A stretch of 64,000 nucleotides of DNA, taken from the human T2T-CHM13v2.0 reference genome, Homo sapiens. The stretch lies in NCBI RefSeq assembly GCF_009914755.1, contig NC_060931.1; one strand, given 5' to 3'. The translations under genes were made by a program, and so were the position numbers. The notes beneath the pieces are model-generated. The model did no database searches. It had not been told where the DNA came from and worked only from the letters and a program-made list of their open reading frames with translations. Positions 33,493 through 64,000 of the stretch are shown here, piece by piece. Numbering within the stretch: position 1 is the first letter of the stretch; the number at the start of each line of letters is the position of its first letter.

Positions 33493-34158
33493 GAGCACTT
33501 ATGTTAATTCAACCAAGAGGAGCTGGGAAAATCAAAGGCATGAGAAAGACAACAAATGCTGGCAGAGAAATACGTGCAGGTTAAGGAAAAAAGTCACAAT
33601 GAATCCTGTAGTGCAGGCTACTTCATCAAAAGCACCTAAAAAGGATCTCATTAACTCCCCCAACTCACCTCCACCCACGTCTAAAGGGCCACACACAGCA
33701 CTACCAAAGGCAGTACAATGAGAACAGCATTCTCCTCAACAGACTGTTGAGGAGTACCCAGACACCTGACCTCAACAGCTCCAGAACAGCCCTAAAACAG
33801 CTCCTCCCTAACCACCACTCAAGTCACCAGCTGGGAAAATATTCAGAAAACCCAAATCCTGACACACCACTATGAAACAACTTAAACAGCAAATAACAAC
33901 CCATTTAAACAGCAATGTCAGCAGCTGGGAAAAAAAGGAACAATGAGTAGAGGAAAAGCAGACCTCTTGGGGTCCAATAAGACCCAGTCTCTCAGCTTCA
34001 GCACTTTCAAATACAGAATCCATACACCTCTGGGGCCTGTGGAGCTCCACGAGGCATGTTGTCCTCAAAGATAAATGAGCAGGCAAGCTGGCTAGAAAAC
34101 CACTAAGGGTATTATTCTTTAAAGAATCTTTATAGGGTCAAAGAGTAATGGGTCTTAC

Positions 34159-34353
34159 AGGTGTTGTGTATTCCCCACAGATTCTGAGGATGATGTCAGT
34201 ATCCCTTTCCAGATGTGTTTAACACTTTGTGGTCGCTTGTATTCCTGCCACTGAGTGCCAGTGCTTTGCTAATTTGAACTGATTCCAACTCACGCTGACC
34301 CTGGCTCCCTGGATCTGGTTACCATTAGCCAAGACTGTCATCCATACTGTACC
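34159..34353 (-). ncRNA. Candidate 195-bp non-coding exon
   Basis: Minus strand ctctttaaaag|GGTACAG...ACACCT|gtaaga. Confidence 0.4.
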
Positions 34354-34627
34354 CTTTTAAAGAGTCCTAAAAACAACTCTTCACCTACTCTTCCAAGACA
34401 AGTAAAAACGTCTACCAAAGAAATGGGGAAAAAAGATTGAGAGAGAGAAAACAATTAACATACTAACAAGACAGTAGAAAGAGAAGCGGGAGGAGAAACT
34501 AGGAAAATCATATGTGGGCTCACACCTATTTCCAAAGCTGGACTAACATCCTTTTGCTTGTGTCTGAATAAGGCATAAATTTTAAGCTGCTAATGAAAAA
34601 AAAGAAAAAGAGAAAGAAGCAGGCCCA

Positions 34628-34930
34628 GGCCGGGCGTGGTGGCTCACGCCTGTAATCCTAGCACTTTGGGAGGTCGAGGCGGGTGGATCACCCAAGGTCA
34701 GGAGTTCGAGACAAGCCTGGTCAACATGGTGAAACACCATCTCTACTAAAAATACAAAAAATTAGCTGGGCATGGTGGCGCATGCCTGTAAATCCAGCTA
34801 CTCGGGAGGCTGAGCAGGAGAATAGCTTGAACCCGGAAGGCAGAGAGAATGTGATGACCTGAGATCACGCCATTGCCCTCAAGCCAGGGCAATGACAGCA
34901 AAATTCAGTCAAAAAAAAAAAAAAAACATA
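34628..34930 (+). mobile_element. AluS
   Basis: ggccgggcgtggtggctcacgcc...poly(A). Confidence 0.88.
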
Positions 34931-35049
34931 AAATAACTCAGACTTCATTAAATACAACCCTAGTGGCAAATGACTATTGGTCAACAGTAAAAAAAGATGG
35001 ATTACTCAGAACAGAGATTAAGAGTCCAATAAGAATCCAAGAATCTTAC

Positions 35050-35597
<548 letters not shown>

Positions 35598-35764
35598 TTA
35601 ACCACAATATATAGAAAAGAATAATTATTGGTCTTTAACTTTTACGCTTTGATCTTTAATTCTGTTATTGTAATTGAGTGCAAAGAAAAATAGTATGAGT
35701 GAAGTAGAACACCAAAAATGCTAATATTCTGTTTATCAAAGTCTGTAGTGAAATATCCCATTAA

Positions 35765-36071
35765 ATCCAAGTGCAGTGACTCACACCCATAATCCCAGCA
35801 CTTTGGGGAGGCTGAGGCAGGTGAATCTCCTGAGGTCAGGAGTTCGAGGCCAGCCTGGTCAACATGGTGAAACCCCAATCTACTACAAATACAAAAATTA
35901 GGCAGGCGTGGTGGCAGGGGCCTGTAATCCCAGCTACTTAGGAGGCTGAGGCAGGGAGAATTGCTTTGAACCCAGGAGGTAAGCTTGCCATGAGCTGAGA
36001 TCACACCTGCACTCCAGTGTGGGCGACAGAACAAAACTCCATCTTACCAAAAAAAAAAAAAAAAAAAAAAG
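35765..36071 (+). mobile_element. AluS
   Basis: Canonical arms and poly(A). Confidence 0.85.
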
Positions 36072-36674
36072 AACAGCTAGTAGGTGACATTTGCTATGGG
36101 GAGACTAGGAGTGATATGATCTTGTTGCAATCCTTCCATTTTAGTAAATCTAAACAGTGTGAATCCATTCTGTTTCATCCCCACTCCACTCCAGAGCCAA
36201 AACAAGAAAATCAATTATGTTTATATTTCTTTAAAAACATATCTAACTAAATCATCTAATTAAAAGACAATATGCATGGCTCCATACTCTAAAAGAAAAC
36301 TTACGTCCTGCGTATCATGGACATTTGATGAATACTTGTTCAGTTGACTGGTGTAGACTTCAATAATAACCTGTTCGATGCATTATGCCAGATAAATCTT
36401 GCGTCTCAAAAGTAGGACAAATATTGTTCTTTCAGTTTTGTCTACCCAAAATGCAATATTTACATGTATTTATAATAGGTTAATAAAAAGAAAATGAGTT
36501 TATTGTTCTAGAGAGTATGAGAATTTGAAAACATGAATTCTCCTGTCCTGGCACATAATTAACACTTAGAGGTATATTATTTCATGTGGAGGGTACCATT
36601 AAAAGAATTCAATGTTAAACCTTAAATAATTATTTCACATAATCTTCTAATCTGACTTAAGACTGAAGACCTAT

Positions 36675-36733
36675 CTCCTGAAGCTGTTTCATCAAGTTGT
36701 AAATTTTCACCTGTTGAATTCACAAGTTCATGT
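36675..36733 (-). pseudogene. GTF2IP: GTF2I/GTF2IRD2 59-bp pseudo-exon, donor mutated GT to AT
   Basis: ctttcag|A CAT GAA CTT GTG AAT TCA...GGA G|ataggt reads HELVNSTGENLQLDETASG, against HELLNSTREDLQLDKPASG (recalled). Confidence 0.85.
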
Positions 36734-36841
36734 CTGAAAGGTGAGAATACTTAATATTCACTAGGCAATATTCACCAAATAATATCTACTAGTACATATT
36801 TAACATTTCATCACCAAGGGTGGTTGTGCTAAGAAAAGACA

Positions 36842-38610
<1,769 letters not shown>

Positions 38611-38619
38611 CTCTTAAGG

Positions 38620-41745
<3,126 letters not shown>

Positions 41746-41780
41746 GAATAAACAAAATGCTTTTTAAAACTTGCCAAAGA

Positions 41781-44042
<2,262 letters not shown>

Positions 44043-44209
44043 GAAATTGGGTATGATGTAATACACCTGTAGTCCCAGCTATTCACGAGGCTGAGGCAGG
44101 AGGACCCCTTGAGCCCAAGAGTACAAGGTCAGCGTGGGCAATGTAGTGAGTGGGACACTATCAATCAAAAATAAATAAATAAATAAACAAACAAACAATT
44201 CATCCTATA

Positions 44210-44635
44210 AATAGACTATGGGCCACACTTAGTGACTTCCTTCTAATGAATAGAATGTGGTACAAGTGATACCGTGTGGCCTCCAACATTAGGTTAGAAG
44301 AGGCTCTCTACCTCAGACTGCTTGCCCTTAGAACCGAGCCCCCATGTTGTGAGGAAGCTCAGGTCACAAAAAGCACACAGGAGTTCCAGTGCAAGTATTT
44401 GGGCTGCCTGCCCCAACTAAAGTTCCAATCAACAGCCACTGTCAACAACCAGACATATCAGTGACCAGACCTTCAGATGATTCCAGTCCCCTAACATTTG
44501 ATTGACTGCAAGTGAAGCTGAGGGGAGCAGAGAAGGTTGTCCTGGACAAGGATTTTCCAAACCACAGATTGGTGAACTAAATACATGCTGCTGTTAAGCC
44601 ACTCACCTTTGGGTAGCTTGTTAGGGAAAAATAAA
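44210..44635 (+). mobile_element. MLT1-family LTR fragment
   Basis: cttagtgactt..ttctaatgaatagaatgtgg...ccatgttgtgaggaagc...taagccact. Confidence 0.6.
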
Positions 44636-45964
44636 CAGGAAAATGGACTTAAACAAAAAGACAGTAAGAAATATAATAGCTTACACAGTAGTAATTAGTC
44701 TCCTTTAAAGTAGGATCTACTAAATGTTGAGGTTAATTTATTAATGACAAACAATGCTAATGAGAAGCAGCAGACAACCAGGAGACAGACGTATGAACTA
44801 TTGAGGAGGATGTTTAGAAAAAGTTCCCTTCAGTTACAAATTCTCATAACTAAGCAAATGAGGCTCTTTAGCATTTGCCCCTCAAGTTATGGGATAAGGA
44901 AGATGAGGAAGGAAGGATATATAATTTGAAGTATGAAAGTTGAAAAAAAACAGAAGTATTTGATATAACCCAAATCAGACATTTTACCTGATTTCAATGA
45001 ACTGAAATTCTAAAAGTGATAAGCAGCTGAGTAATTATTAATCAATCTAGTATTTGATCTTCATTTCCATTTCCTCAATGAGAAAATAAAGAGAATACTA
45101 GGGAATCAGTTTTAACCTTCTCTGTAGTAAAACAAATGTAGTGTCCTTTACATGTTAAAAAATTAAATACAATTTCCCTTCAAGCTGAGAAGGTAAGACC
45201 ATCTCATCTTTACATTGTACCAAAATGCTGCTCCATATCATACAAATTGGCTCTGAAATTTTGAAATTCATACAACTAATTTGACTATTTGTCTCTGATA
45301 AATACCTGGACATCACCTGATTTTTAGGTGCTGCATTCCTGAAAATTTTTATTTGAATGGGTTGAACTACTAATTTGATTATGTACTGAGCTATAAAGCA
45401 TAGCTAGGCACCTCTGTTAAGTAAAAGCAGTTAAATACAGAAAACTGTAATTTCTGAGAATGTAGGATCTGTGCCAAGAAAAGGATCAGCTCCAGTGTTA
45501 TACAAAGAACCAGGTACCAGGTCAACAGAGGATCTATTTGTGAGCTGTAAGATGATGAATTAGCTCAATTTCCAAAGAGGAAAGCAACAGCCCAGACTTA
45601 ATCTTCTCCTTCCTACATGGCAAAAATCTACACAATTCTATGACTTATTATGAGTTAGTAAATATAATGCAGTAAATAGTAGACTGAGTCAGCAGATCCT
45701 CTAACCAAGATTTGATGAAAATCGGAGTGAAGAGGTAGGGACTGAGTGAGAGAAAAATGGTTTGAACGGAGAAAAAGAAATGAATACGCTCTGTCTTTGT
45801 AAGCCTGACTTCCCATTGTGTCACAGGAGTCAGCAAGATATTAATATAAGCTGGCCACATGTTCCTTCAGGAAGCAAACAGTGAAATTAAAGGCATCCTA
45901 CTACCTGAATTTCTATTCTTACTTAGGACAATTGGGAATAATAAGCAACATGACTGAAAAATAA

Positions 45965-47580
45965 GTATCCTAAAATTAGATTCGGTACTGGCATGATGAT
46001 AGACATAGATCAACATATTAGAATTGAGAATCCCAAAATAAACCCACATATTTATGGTCAATTGATTTTCAACAAGGGTAAAAAAACAACAACTGAGACT
46101 ATTAATTTGTTAAAAAGAATAGCCTTTTCAACAAATGGTAATGGGGCAACTGGATATCCACATGCAAAAGAATAAAGATGGACTCCTAACATACGCCACA
46201 TCTAAAATCAACTCAAAATAGAACTGCTAACTATAAGAGCTAAAACTATAAAATTCTTTTATCAAAATTTGAAATGTCTGCACTTGAAAAGACATCATCA
46301 ATAAAGTAAAAATAAAAGCCACTGAGTGAAATAAAATATTTGAAAATCATATCTGTTAAGGGTCTTACACCTAAGATCTATAAAAAACTTAAAATTCAGA
46401 AAAAAAAGGGAAGGTGATTTTAAAACGGGCATAGCATTTAAATAGACATTTTCCCAAAGATACACAAGTGGCTCATAAGCACATAAAAAGATGCTTAACA
46501 TCATTACTCATTAGGGAAACGCAAATCAAAACAAAAATGAAGTATCGCTTTACGGGGTGCGGTGGCTCACGCCTGCAATCCCAGCACTTTGGGAGGCCAA
46601 GGCGGGTGGATCACGAGGTTAGGAGATCAAGACCACCCTGGCTAACACGGTGAAACCCCGTCTCTACAAAGATACAAAAAATTAGTTGGGCATGGTGGTG
46701 GGTGCCTGTAACCCCAGCTACCTGGGAGGCTGAGGCAGGAGAACGGCTTGAACCTGGTGCAGGGGAGGTTGCAGTGAGCCGAGATTGTGCCACTGCACTC
46801 CAGCCTGGGCGACAGAGCGAGACTCCATCTCAAAAAAAAAAAAAAAAAAAAAAAAAAAAGAATGAGGTATCACTTCACACCACTAGGATGGAATCTTCAA
46901 TCAAAAATGTGAAAGATGTTGGAAAGATACAGAGAAATTAGAATCCCCATACAATTCTGACAGAAATGTAAAATGGTGTAGCCACTTTGGAAAACAGACT
47001 GGCAGCTCCTCAAATTCCACTTGTAAGTATACACCAGCAATTCCACTTCTAAGTATACACCCATGAGAAATGAAAACATATGCAAACACAAAAACTTGTA
47101 CATAAAACTTCATAGCAGTATGATTAATAGCCAAAACATGGAAACAACCCAAAGGTCCATAACTGATGAATGGGCAAATAAAATGACTGGTATATCCACA
47201 GAGGGGAATGTTACTCAGCAATTAGAGGAAGTTGAGTACTGATACATGTTACAATGCGGATGAGCCTTAAAAATGTTATGCTAAGTGAAAGAAGCCAATC
47301 ACAAAAGACCACCACATGTTTTGTGATTCAATTGATATGAAATGTCCAGAATGGGCAACTCTATAGAAACAAAGTAGGCTGGTGGTTCCCTAGAGCTGAG
47401 GAAGGGCAAACTGACGGATGATGGCTAAATGATGCAGGGTTTCTTTTCAGGGTCGTGAAGATGTTCTCAAATTGATGTTGCTGATGACTACACAACTCCA
47501 TGAATATACTAAGAGACTTGTACATTTTCAATGAGTGAACTGTATGTTATGCAAATTATATACCAACACAGTTGCTTTAA
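45965..47580 (+). mobile_element. L1MB-type 3' part containing Alu 46553-46860
   Basis: RIENPKINPHIYGQLIFNKG remnant; gctaagtgaaagaagcca; gtgaactgtatgttatg. Confidence 0.78.
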
Positions 47581-48217
47581 AAAATCCAGTGGCAGGATCT
47601 AGATACATTTCTTAATTCTCTACTTTGGATGTATATACTCTACAGGATCTGAGTATTTCCATGCTTTTACAATATACTTAAAATGAAATGAAAATGAAGG
47701 AAATGCCTAACATTTCAAGTACTTTGTAAATTAATCTAAAACATTTGCATTTTGGAGAAGAGTTTAATGGCCTTTCCATACAAGTTATCCTGAAATTCAT
47801 GCAATAAACAGACACACATTCTATACCCATTCATGAAAGTAAAGACAAGAAATAAGACACTTCTTTGGAACACTATATTAAACATTATCCTCTGATTTAA
47901 TCTGGCTTGCCTTACCATGACAGTAGAGAAATAGCTAAAAAATAATGGTTTGCAGAAAAAACTCTCTCAACTGCTGTGAGGAATGAGGTATAATTCCCAA
48001 ATTTCATAAAGGTAAATATTATTTTTAAAATGTATATACTTATGAGAAAAACATGACAGAATGAAAGTCAGAGGTTAAGAAATAACTGCATGATAAAGAT
48101 AATAAAATTAATTATAATAAAAATAAAAAAGTATCCAATGCAATTAGTATCCTAAAACATTAGATATTATTCCACTACCTATAGATTAACCATTGACATG
48201 TTATGTTTCATATATAC

Positions 48218-48367
48218 TTGACTTCCGATTTTACCTAATTCCTTCTTTGAATCTTGGGTCTCTTCTAAATTAATATGACAATGTGGTGTAGCCTCTAGGT
48301 AAGGCTCTGACATAGGTTGCATTTTTAGGGTATCAGCCAGTTCTTGTTGAAGTTGTCTCATAACTAC
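48218..48367 (-). pseudogene. ANKRD26P: ANKRD26-like pseudo-exon E
   Basis: gaacag|VVMRQLQQELADTLKMQPMSE..EETQDSKKELGKIGSQ|gtatat. Confidence 0.88.
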
Positions 48368-49631
48368 CTGTTCAGATATTTTTGTTACTGATTTTACATG
48401 TTACCTTATTAGTAAATCATGGTAATAAGATTTAACATGTACTTTGAAAAATAGTACCACATACATGAATTTACCTTCTTTTCCTATGTGTATACATGCT
48501 TGTTTATTACTGAATTCAGTTAAGGACACAGAAGGTATTATTTTCCTGCCAAGTCAGTATTCCGCTTACATTCAGTTCACTATTCACTCACCCCTGATAC
48601 ATTTGCAATGCTTAACTTCCTACTTAAGTCACAAAAACAAATCCATATGTGGGTGGGACTGGTGGTAGAAAATGCAACATTGTAAAATGTTTTTCCTCTT
48701 TTTTATTAGAAGCTCAAAGAAACCCCACCACTCCTGACATCCTCAATTGCCTGCTCAGATCCTTCCAATAGATTTCTATCTCAGAATACAAGTAAAATTC
48801 CAATTGCCTTCCAGGCCCTAGGTAACCACCTGGCCTTCACCTCCCTCCCTGACCTCAGCTCCTACAAATCTCTTTCCTACTCACTGCTTTCTCACTGTAT
48901 GTGAATCCTACCACCTCCCATTAGATTGAAAATGGGGACCTAATGTCAAACAAAGCAATTGCAGATAGCCACAATTATCTTTGTGTGGGACAAAGTCATA
49001 TCCAAATGATAGCCACTGAGCCTTGAAATAAAAATTATGGGCAAATTATTTTTAAGAACATTCAAAGTATAAATATCAGTGGTAAGATTAATCAAATATG
49101 GTTTTGCTGGAAATTCACATCTGTCCCAAATTATGATTTAATAAAAAGTAAATGCTTTTAAATAATTGAGATGTCATAACAACACTGTGATATTGAAATA
49201 GTCTCAGATTAAAGTCAAATTGATACAAATAAAAATAAAATTATACAAATGTAAATACATAAAAAGCCCCTGAAGGAAAAGTATTATGAGATACAACAGT
49301 ATACTTCAGTTCACCTGGGAAATCTTGAATTAACAGTCAAAAGTAACCCACCTAATCGAATCTTAATTTCAAAAGACTTATTTCAGATATAAGGCATTTC
49401 TATTTATCTGCTTCATCATGGTCTTAAAATGTGGCCACATACAAATATTAAAATTATTTTAGCAGTATGTCTACATCATAAATATTAGTCTATATCTACT
49501 AACAACTTGTAACTTAACCTCTTAAAATTTCAAAGGTGATATAATTTATTTACTCAAAGTAAAGTGTACTTCAGGTCTTTCTTTTGCTGGTATGTTTCTA
49601 GGCTAACACAGCAAATACACTTTTATTCTAA

Positions 49632-49974
<343 letters not shown>

Positions 49975-50049
49975 TAACATTTAGCATAACCAAATATTAC
50001 TTTAAATTTTCTTTCTTTCAGTTTGAAAAATATCTTTCTTGGTACTTAC

Positions 50050-51000
<951 letters not shown>

Positions 51001-52302
51001 CTAAGTAAACAAAGGAAACTTAGCACTCAATAGAATGACATATCATGGTTTCTTCTGAAATTAAAGAATAACCTGTATATTTGTACAATGAAAGGATTCC
51101 CATAAGTGGATATTTAACTGAAAAAAATATTAAATCAAAATTTCAAACCTCAGAGTGTAAATTCCCAAAAGTTAAAAAAATCTATTTGAAGACAATGAAT
51201 CAATAAAAGTAAAAAATAAACCACTAGAGGATTTTTAAGACTCTCAGAATTGACAAAGCCTTTCTCTGAATTACAAAAAACCCAGCGGCATAAAATATGA
51301 GATTGATACATTTGACTACATTTTTAAAATTTAAAAATTTTAAAATCTGATATCTAACCTATACACCACCCCATTGTAAGACTCTTAGTTCTGCATTTAT
51401 TTGGACTGAAGAAATTTCTCAAAGTTCTCTAAGTTCCTTTTTCCTGATAATGTTCTATAGATATTCTACTTTTCTAACAATTTTATTGTAAGTTATAAAG
51501 ATTACACTTATTCATAAATGTTAAATCTAAGCATTGTACATTTCTACATTTTACACTTCTACATCTAAGCATTGCACTTTTACATACATTACTGAACTCA
51601 TTTAAGGTCGCAATTCTGAAGAGGAGAGACTGAAATATATGCAAGATGCAGGATTTTCCCCAGGTCTTCTGATTCTACTTCTAGTCCTCCTCCATCAAAT
51701 TGCAGTTACTTCTGTGGTGTAAATATATAAATACAAAAGAAGCCTCTTATATAAAAATACCAATGGTAAAATTTATAGAGATCTTCTTAAAAAATCATGA
51801 GATTATTTGCTATTGTAATAACTTTTATTTCCTCTTTATAATGTTTGAAACAGTAATGTGTGAAATAGGGGGAAATACACTGAACTATTTTTCCAGAAAC
51901 AAAACACTTACCAATAAATTATCACTAAATGTATATTATTCTACATCATTGTTTTCAAAGCCCTTTGCATTGAAATTAGATACTACTTGGAGAAAACTTT
52001 TAAGTTCTTCAAAAGTAAGAAGAATGACATCCATAATATGGCCTCTAAACTGGCTATACATTTCCTCCTTATCTATCAGTGAAAATAATAAACTGACTTC
52101 TCCATTAATATTTTGAGAAGATAAAACAATGTCCAAAAACTAGAATGTCTGTTGTTAGTACCAAAAATTTTGAGATTATGGAAAGATCATCAATTCTTAT
52201 AAAAAATATCAAATGCTTCTTCTTTGGATTGAGGCCATTGTGAATGTCACTACTTCACTGCTGCAGACTAATGGAGCTGAATTAAGAATATGGCTTTATC
52301 CT

Positions 52303-52355
52303 ACACACACACACACAAGTGTATATTCTATATATAGATACACAAACACATAGGA

Positions 52356-52409
<54 letters not shown>
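52303..52409. repeat. Compound (CA)n/(TG)n/(TA)n microsatellite
   Basis: acacacacac...tgtgtgtg...tatatata. Confidence 0.92.
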
Positions 52410-52413
<4 letters not shown>

Positions 52414-52505
52414 AAAAATACTTTATATTTTCCAAGGTACATAGAGTTGGTTTTTCAAATATATACACATACAAAAACATATTTGAAAATGACTAAAGAA
52501 AATAC

Positions 52506-52634
52506 CTCAGAATTCATTTTCTTTTGAGCCCCTTCGACCTCCTTTTGCTTACTGGTCAGAATCTCATCTTGTAATATTCTGGCATTCTGCTCTTCAGAAA
52601 GTTGCTTGTGGGTATCGCTTCGCTTCTGCACAAC
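52506..52634 (-). pseudogene. ANKRD26P: ANKRD26-like pseudo-exon C
   Basis: gtctag|[43 protein letters not shown]|gtatt. Confidence 0.88.
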
Positions 52635-53205
52635 CTAGACATACATTACATTTTTGGTCTAATAGCATTGAAAAAGAAAATCTAAAAGAACAGAACCTTT
52701 TTTGTAAAACTGTTAAAAAAAAAAAAGTAGCCTATTAAAACACAAGGACTTTTATCCCTCAGGAATTACTCAAACTTTAATTGCATACATGACAGCTAAA
52801 TTTCTCAAAGAGGAAAAACAGTTCTTACCTACAGAAAAATACAGTATTGTGTAATAAAATTTCTTTCAAAACATTTAACTAGCTTTGTTATAGTCTCAAA
52901 GCTATAGAGCCTGTATTTTAACATAAAAAATACACAAATATTTATGTGATTAAACTCAATTTATCCTCCATTCCTTCATCCAGAAAACATAAGAGATAGT
53001 TTGAGCATCTAAGACCGAACATCACAGGCAGAGATGCCAAGGTTTACAATAAATAGCTATAAATGTCATACTTCCTTTTTAAGATTAAATAAGTCTTGGT
53101 ATGTTTTGAAACTAAATTATATACATTACATCAAAGGAATATTATAAGTAATACTGATGAAATATAAAGTTAGAAATATAAAGTTTTCACCAAAAATTAA
53201 TTTAC

Positions 53206-53381
53206 CTGATCCAAATTCTTTCCTAATGTCCTCAATTCTGTGACCAGTGATTTCAGAGTCTGTTTGAGTTGTTGTTTCAACTTCTTTCCCACATTCCTTT
53301 TCTTTTCTTTTTAACTGTTCACTGTCTTTTTTAGGCAATATATCAGCATTTCTTCCCTTTTCTTCTTCTTTTAAGGTCATT
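53206..53381 (-). pseudogene. ANKRD26P: ANKRD26-like pseudo-exon B, frameshifted
   Basis: ctgtag|MTLKEEEKGRNADIL..EQLKRKEKECGKEVE, then shifted QQLKQTLKSLVTELRTLGKNLDQ|gtaaat. Confidence 0.85.
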
Positions 53382-53690
53382 CTACAGTAAAACATATTAA
53401 AATTTGTTTTCTTAAAAAATAAAAAGTTTATTTTGTTATCTGGCTCTTCCTACGCAGTGTTTATTATTCAAATAAAATTTCTATGTTCTTGACTATTTTT
53501 CCTTTCTAGTTCTCATGTTTTTAATTTCTCACTTCAGTCTCTTCCAAGGGATAAATATACTTGAAAGGTAGTGAAGAAAAAACATCCTGCTAATTGGTGA
53601 GTTTCTGTTATTAGCAATTCTGATAAATGTTATGGAAAAGAATATTGGAAATTATTTAGTATAGTTACACGTTGCAAATTACTTCTTTTT

Positions 53691-54508
<818 letters not shown>

Positions 54509-54576
54509 TCACACAATATATATCTGCAGATTACTATAATCCAATACAAGGCAATGGGGTCTAATATCTGTTAACC

Positions 54577-55113
54577 CAGCTGTCCCCGGTCTTTTTGGCA
54601 CCAGGGACTGATTTTGTGGAAGACAATTTTTCCATGGACCTGGGGGAGAGGGGGCTGGTTTAGGGATGATTCAAGCACATTACATTTATTGTGCACTTTA
54701 TTTATATTATTATTACATTGTAACATATAATGAAATAATTAATTATATAACTCACATGATGTAGAATCAGTGAAAGTCCTGAGCTTGTTTTCCTTCAACT
54801 AGACAGCTCCATCTGGGGGTGATGGGAGACAGGGACATATCATCAGGCATTAGATTCTCATAAGGAGAGCACAACCTAGATCTCCAATGTGTGCAGCTTA
54901 CAGTAGGATTTGGTTCACGCTCCTATGAGAATCTAATGGTGCTGCTGACCTAACAGGAGGCAGAGGTCAGGTGGTAATGTAAGTGATGGGGGGCGGCTGT
55001 AAATACAGATGAAGCTTTGCTTGCTCACTTGCCGCTCACCTCCTGCTGTGTGGCCTGGTTCCTAATAGGCCATGGACTGGTACTGGTCCGTGGCCTGGGG
55101 GTTGGGGACCCTT
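54577..55113 (+). mobile_element. MER1A, near full length, independent insertion
   Basis: cagctgtcccc..tttttggcaccagggac...ggggttggggacccttg. Confidence 0.88.
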
Positions 55114-55243
55114 GTGTTAACCAATACTTTTTATGTTTATTTTTTGGTAACACTTTCCACTTATCTTCTTGATTCTTATGTATTTTATAAACAATTTTAA
55201 AATTCCTTTTGTGACAAGATAGGATCTAATATTTAAACAATAA

Positions 55244-58020
<2,777 letters not shown>

Positions 58021-58256
58021 GAATAAAACTGTATAACGTTTTTAAAAAGTATTCTGGGTTGAGACAAGTGGCCATTTTATGCTCTGTTGGTTGAACTGTA
58101 AAATAATACAAACATCCTTGAGGACAATTTAGAAATATTAATCCAAGGCCTTTTATAAAAAAGTTCTTGTATTTTAACCAAAATATTCTGTATTGAAGAC
58201 TTGATTCAAAGTAAATAATTAGAAATGTAGAAAGTGACTTAGATAAAAGACGTTCT

Positions 58257-58545
58257 GGGCTGTATATCATGGCTCACGCCTGTAATCCCAATGTTTTGGG
58301 AGGCCGAAGCAGGAGGATTATTTGAAGCCATGACTTAGAGATCATCCTGGACAAGACAGTGAGACCTTGTCTCAATGAAAAACTTAAAAAGTTAGTAGGG
58401 CATGGGGGCGTGTGTCTGTAGTGCCAGCTACTTAGGAGGTTGAGGCAGGATCCCTTGAGCACAAAAGTTCAAAGTTGCAGTGAGCTATGATCACACTACT
58501 GCACTCCAGCCTCAGCGACAGAGCAAAACCCTGTGTCTAAAAATA
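58257..58545 (+). mobile_element. AluJ
   Basis: Diverged two-arm Alu. Confidence 0.8.
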
Positions 58546-58858
58546 GTAAGAATAAAAGATGTTCCTCACAGCATTAATTCTAACACAAAATAATTTCAAA
58601 CCCCAAATTCAATTTGTTAAATATTGAGGTTCCCATATGGTAGACTTCCATACAGCCATTAAAATCACGATTTAAAATATACAATTATTAGAAGAATTCA
58701 CAGTTAAAAATTTGTTACCTTATTTCCAAGAATTTCATATTCCACAAGTGCAAGACATTTTCTCCCCATTAAGCCCCAGAGAGTCAGCAATTGCAAAAAT
58801 TCTTACATATCTTTAGTATAGACAGTTAAAATATTTATTTAAAACTCAAATGTCATAC

Positions 58859-59072
58859 CTCAAACTGTAGCGTTCTTGTTCCCATTGACCTTTTTCATGC
58901 TCTAACTGTAATTGTGTTTCTTTTGCTTCACATAGCTCCTTTTGTAGTACACCAACCATATTTTCCATTTGTTTAATATTTACTGTAAGTTGTTCACAAT
59001 GATTATTCTTAAGTTCTAATAAGTGTTCCCATGAAAGAACTGCATCTTGCATTTTCGATAGGCTAACAGAAT
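58859..59072 (-). pseudogene. ANKRD26P: ANKRD26-like pseudo-exon A
   Basis: catgtag|..SVSLSKMQDAVLSWEHLLELKNNHCEQLTVNIKQMENMVGVLQKELCEAKE..SLR|gtatga. Confidence 0.88.
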
Positions 59073-59479
59073 CTACATGAGGGAGAAAACAGGGTGGAAA
59101 TAAAATATGAGTACTTTTTGCATAAAAAGGACTGTGCATTTTAAGTCACCCATCCATACACCTAACAAATATGGACTAAGTTCCTAACATGTGGTCTGCT
59201 GAGCTTTGCAGATACAACAGACAATACCTCTGCTCTTGCTCAGCTTTCAGTGTAGTGAAGAACAAAGACAATAAAAGTGAAAATTACAAATTCAGATAGA
59301 TACTGGAAGAAAACAGTTCTATGGTACATACAATCTGATGTATACTGGGCTCAGGGAAGATTTCCTTGATGAAAAGACGGCTACACTGAGAAATAAAGGA
59401 TGAGAAGGAAGCAGTTAAGTAAAGGGGGTAGAAGAGCATTCTAGCCAGTCTGTGGTAAGTGCTGAAGCTCTCCTGCAAT

Positions 59480-62160
<2,681 letters not shown>

Positions 62161-62164
62161 ATAA

Positions 62165-64000
<1,836 letters not shown>

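Overview
Primate genomic DNA (human or great ape), not prokaryotic. No intact protein-coding gene is present; the window is a repeat-dense segmental-duplication mosaic. (1) 1-4877: GC-rich degenerate ~31-bp tandem array containing a local inversion and a 48-50-bp minisatellite; it explains the cluster of spurious long ORFs. (2) 4.9-29 kb: blocks duplicated within the window (MER1A, L2, MLT1, MER21, MIR, MER2, Alu) with copy-specific insertions, including a U6 retropseudogene with TSD and an L1PA inside an Alu. (3) 30-37 kb: minus-strand non-coding exon candidates and two GTF2I/GTF2IRD2 pseudo-exons, one split by an Alu, lying in the reverse of the parental order. (4) 38.6-47.6 kb: old L1 block. 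(5) 48.2-59.1 kb: five GT-AG-bounded exons of an unprocessed ANKRD26-family pseudogene on the minus strand. (6) 59.5-64 kb: old L1. From memory the layout resembles the human pericentromeric/subtelomeric lncRNA duplicon family (LINC00265/LINC01001/LOC729737-like), possibly 7p11.2; this was not verified. Repeat subfamilies and boundaries were assigned by eye and are approximate. I found no convincing novel biological system; the findings concern genome structure and evolution.
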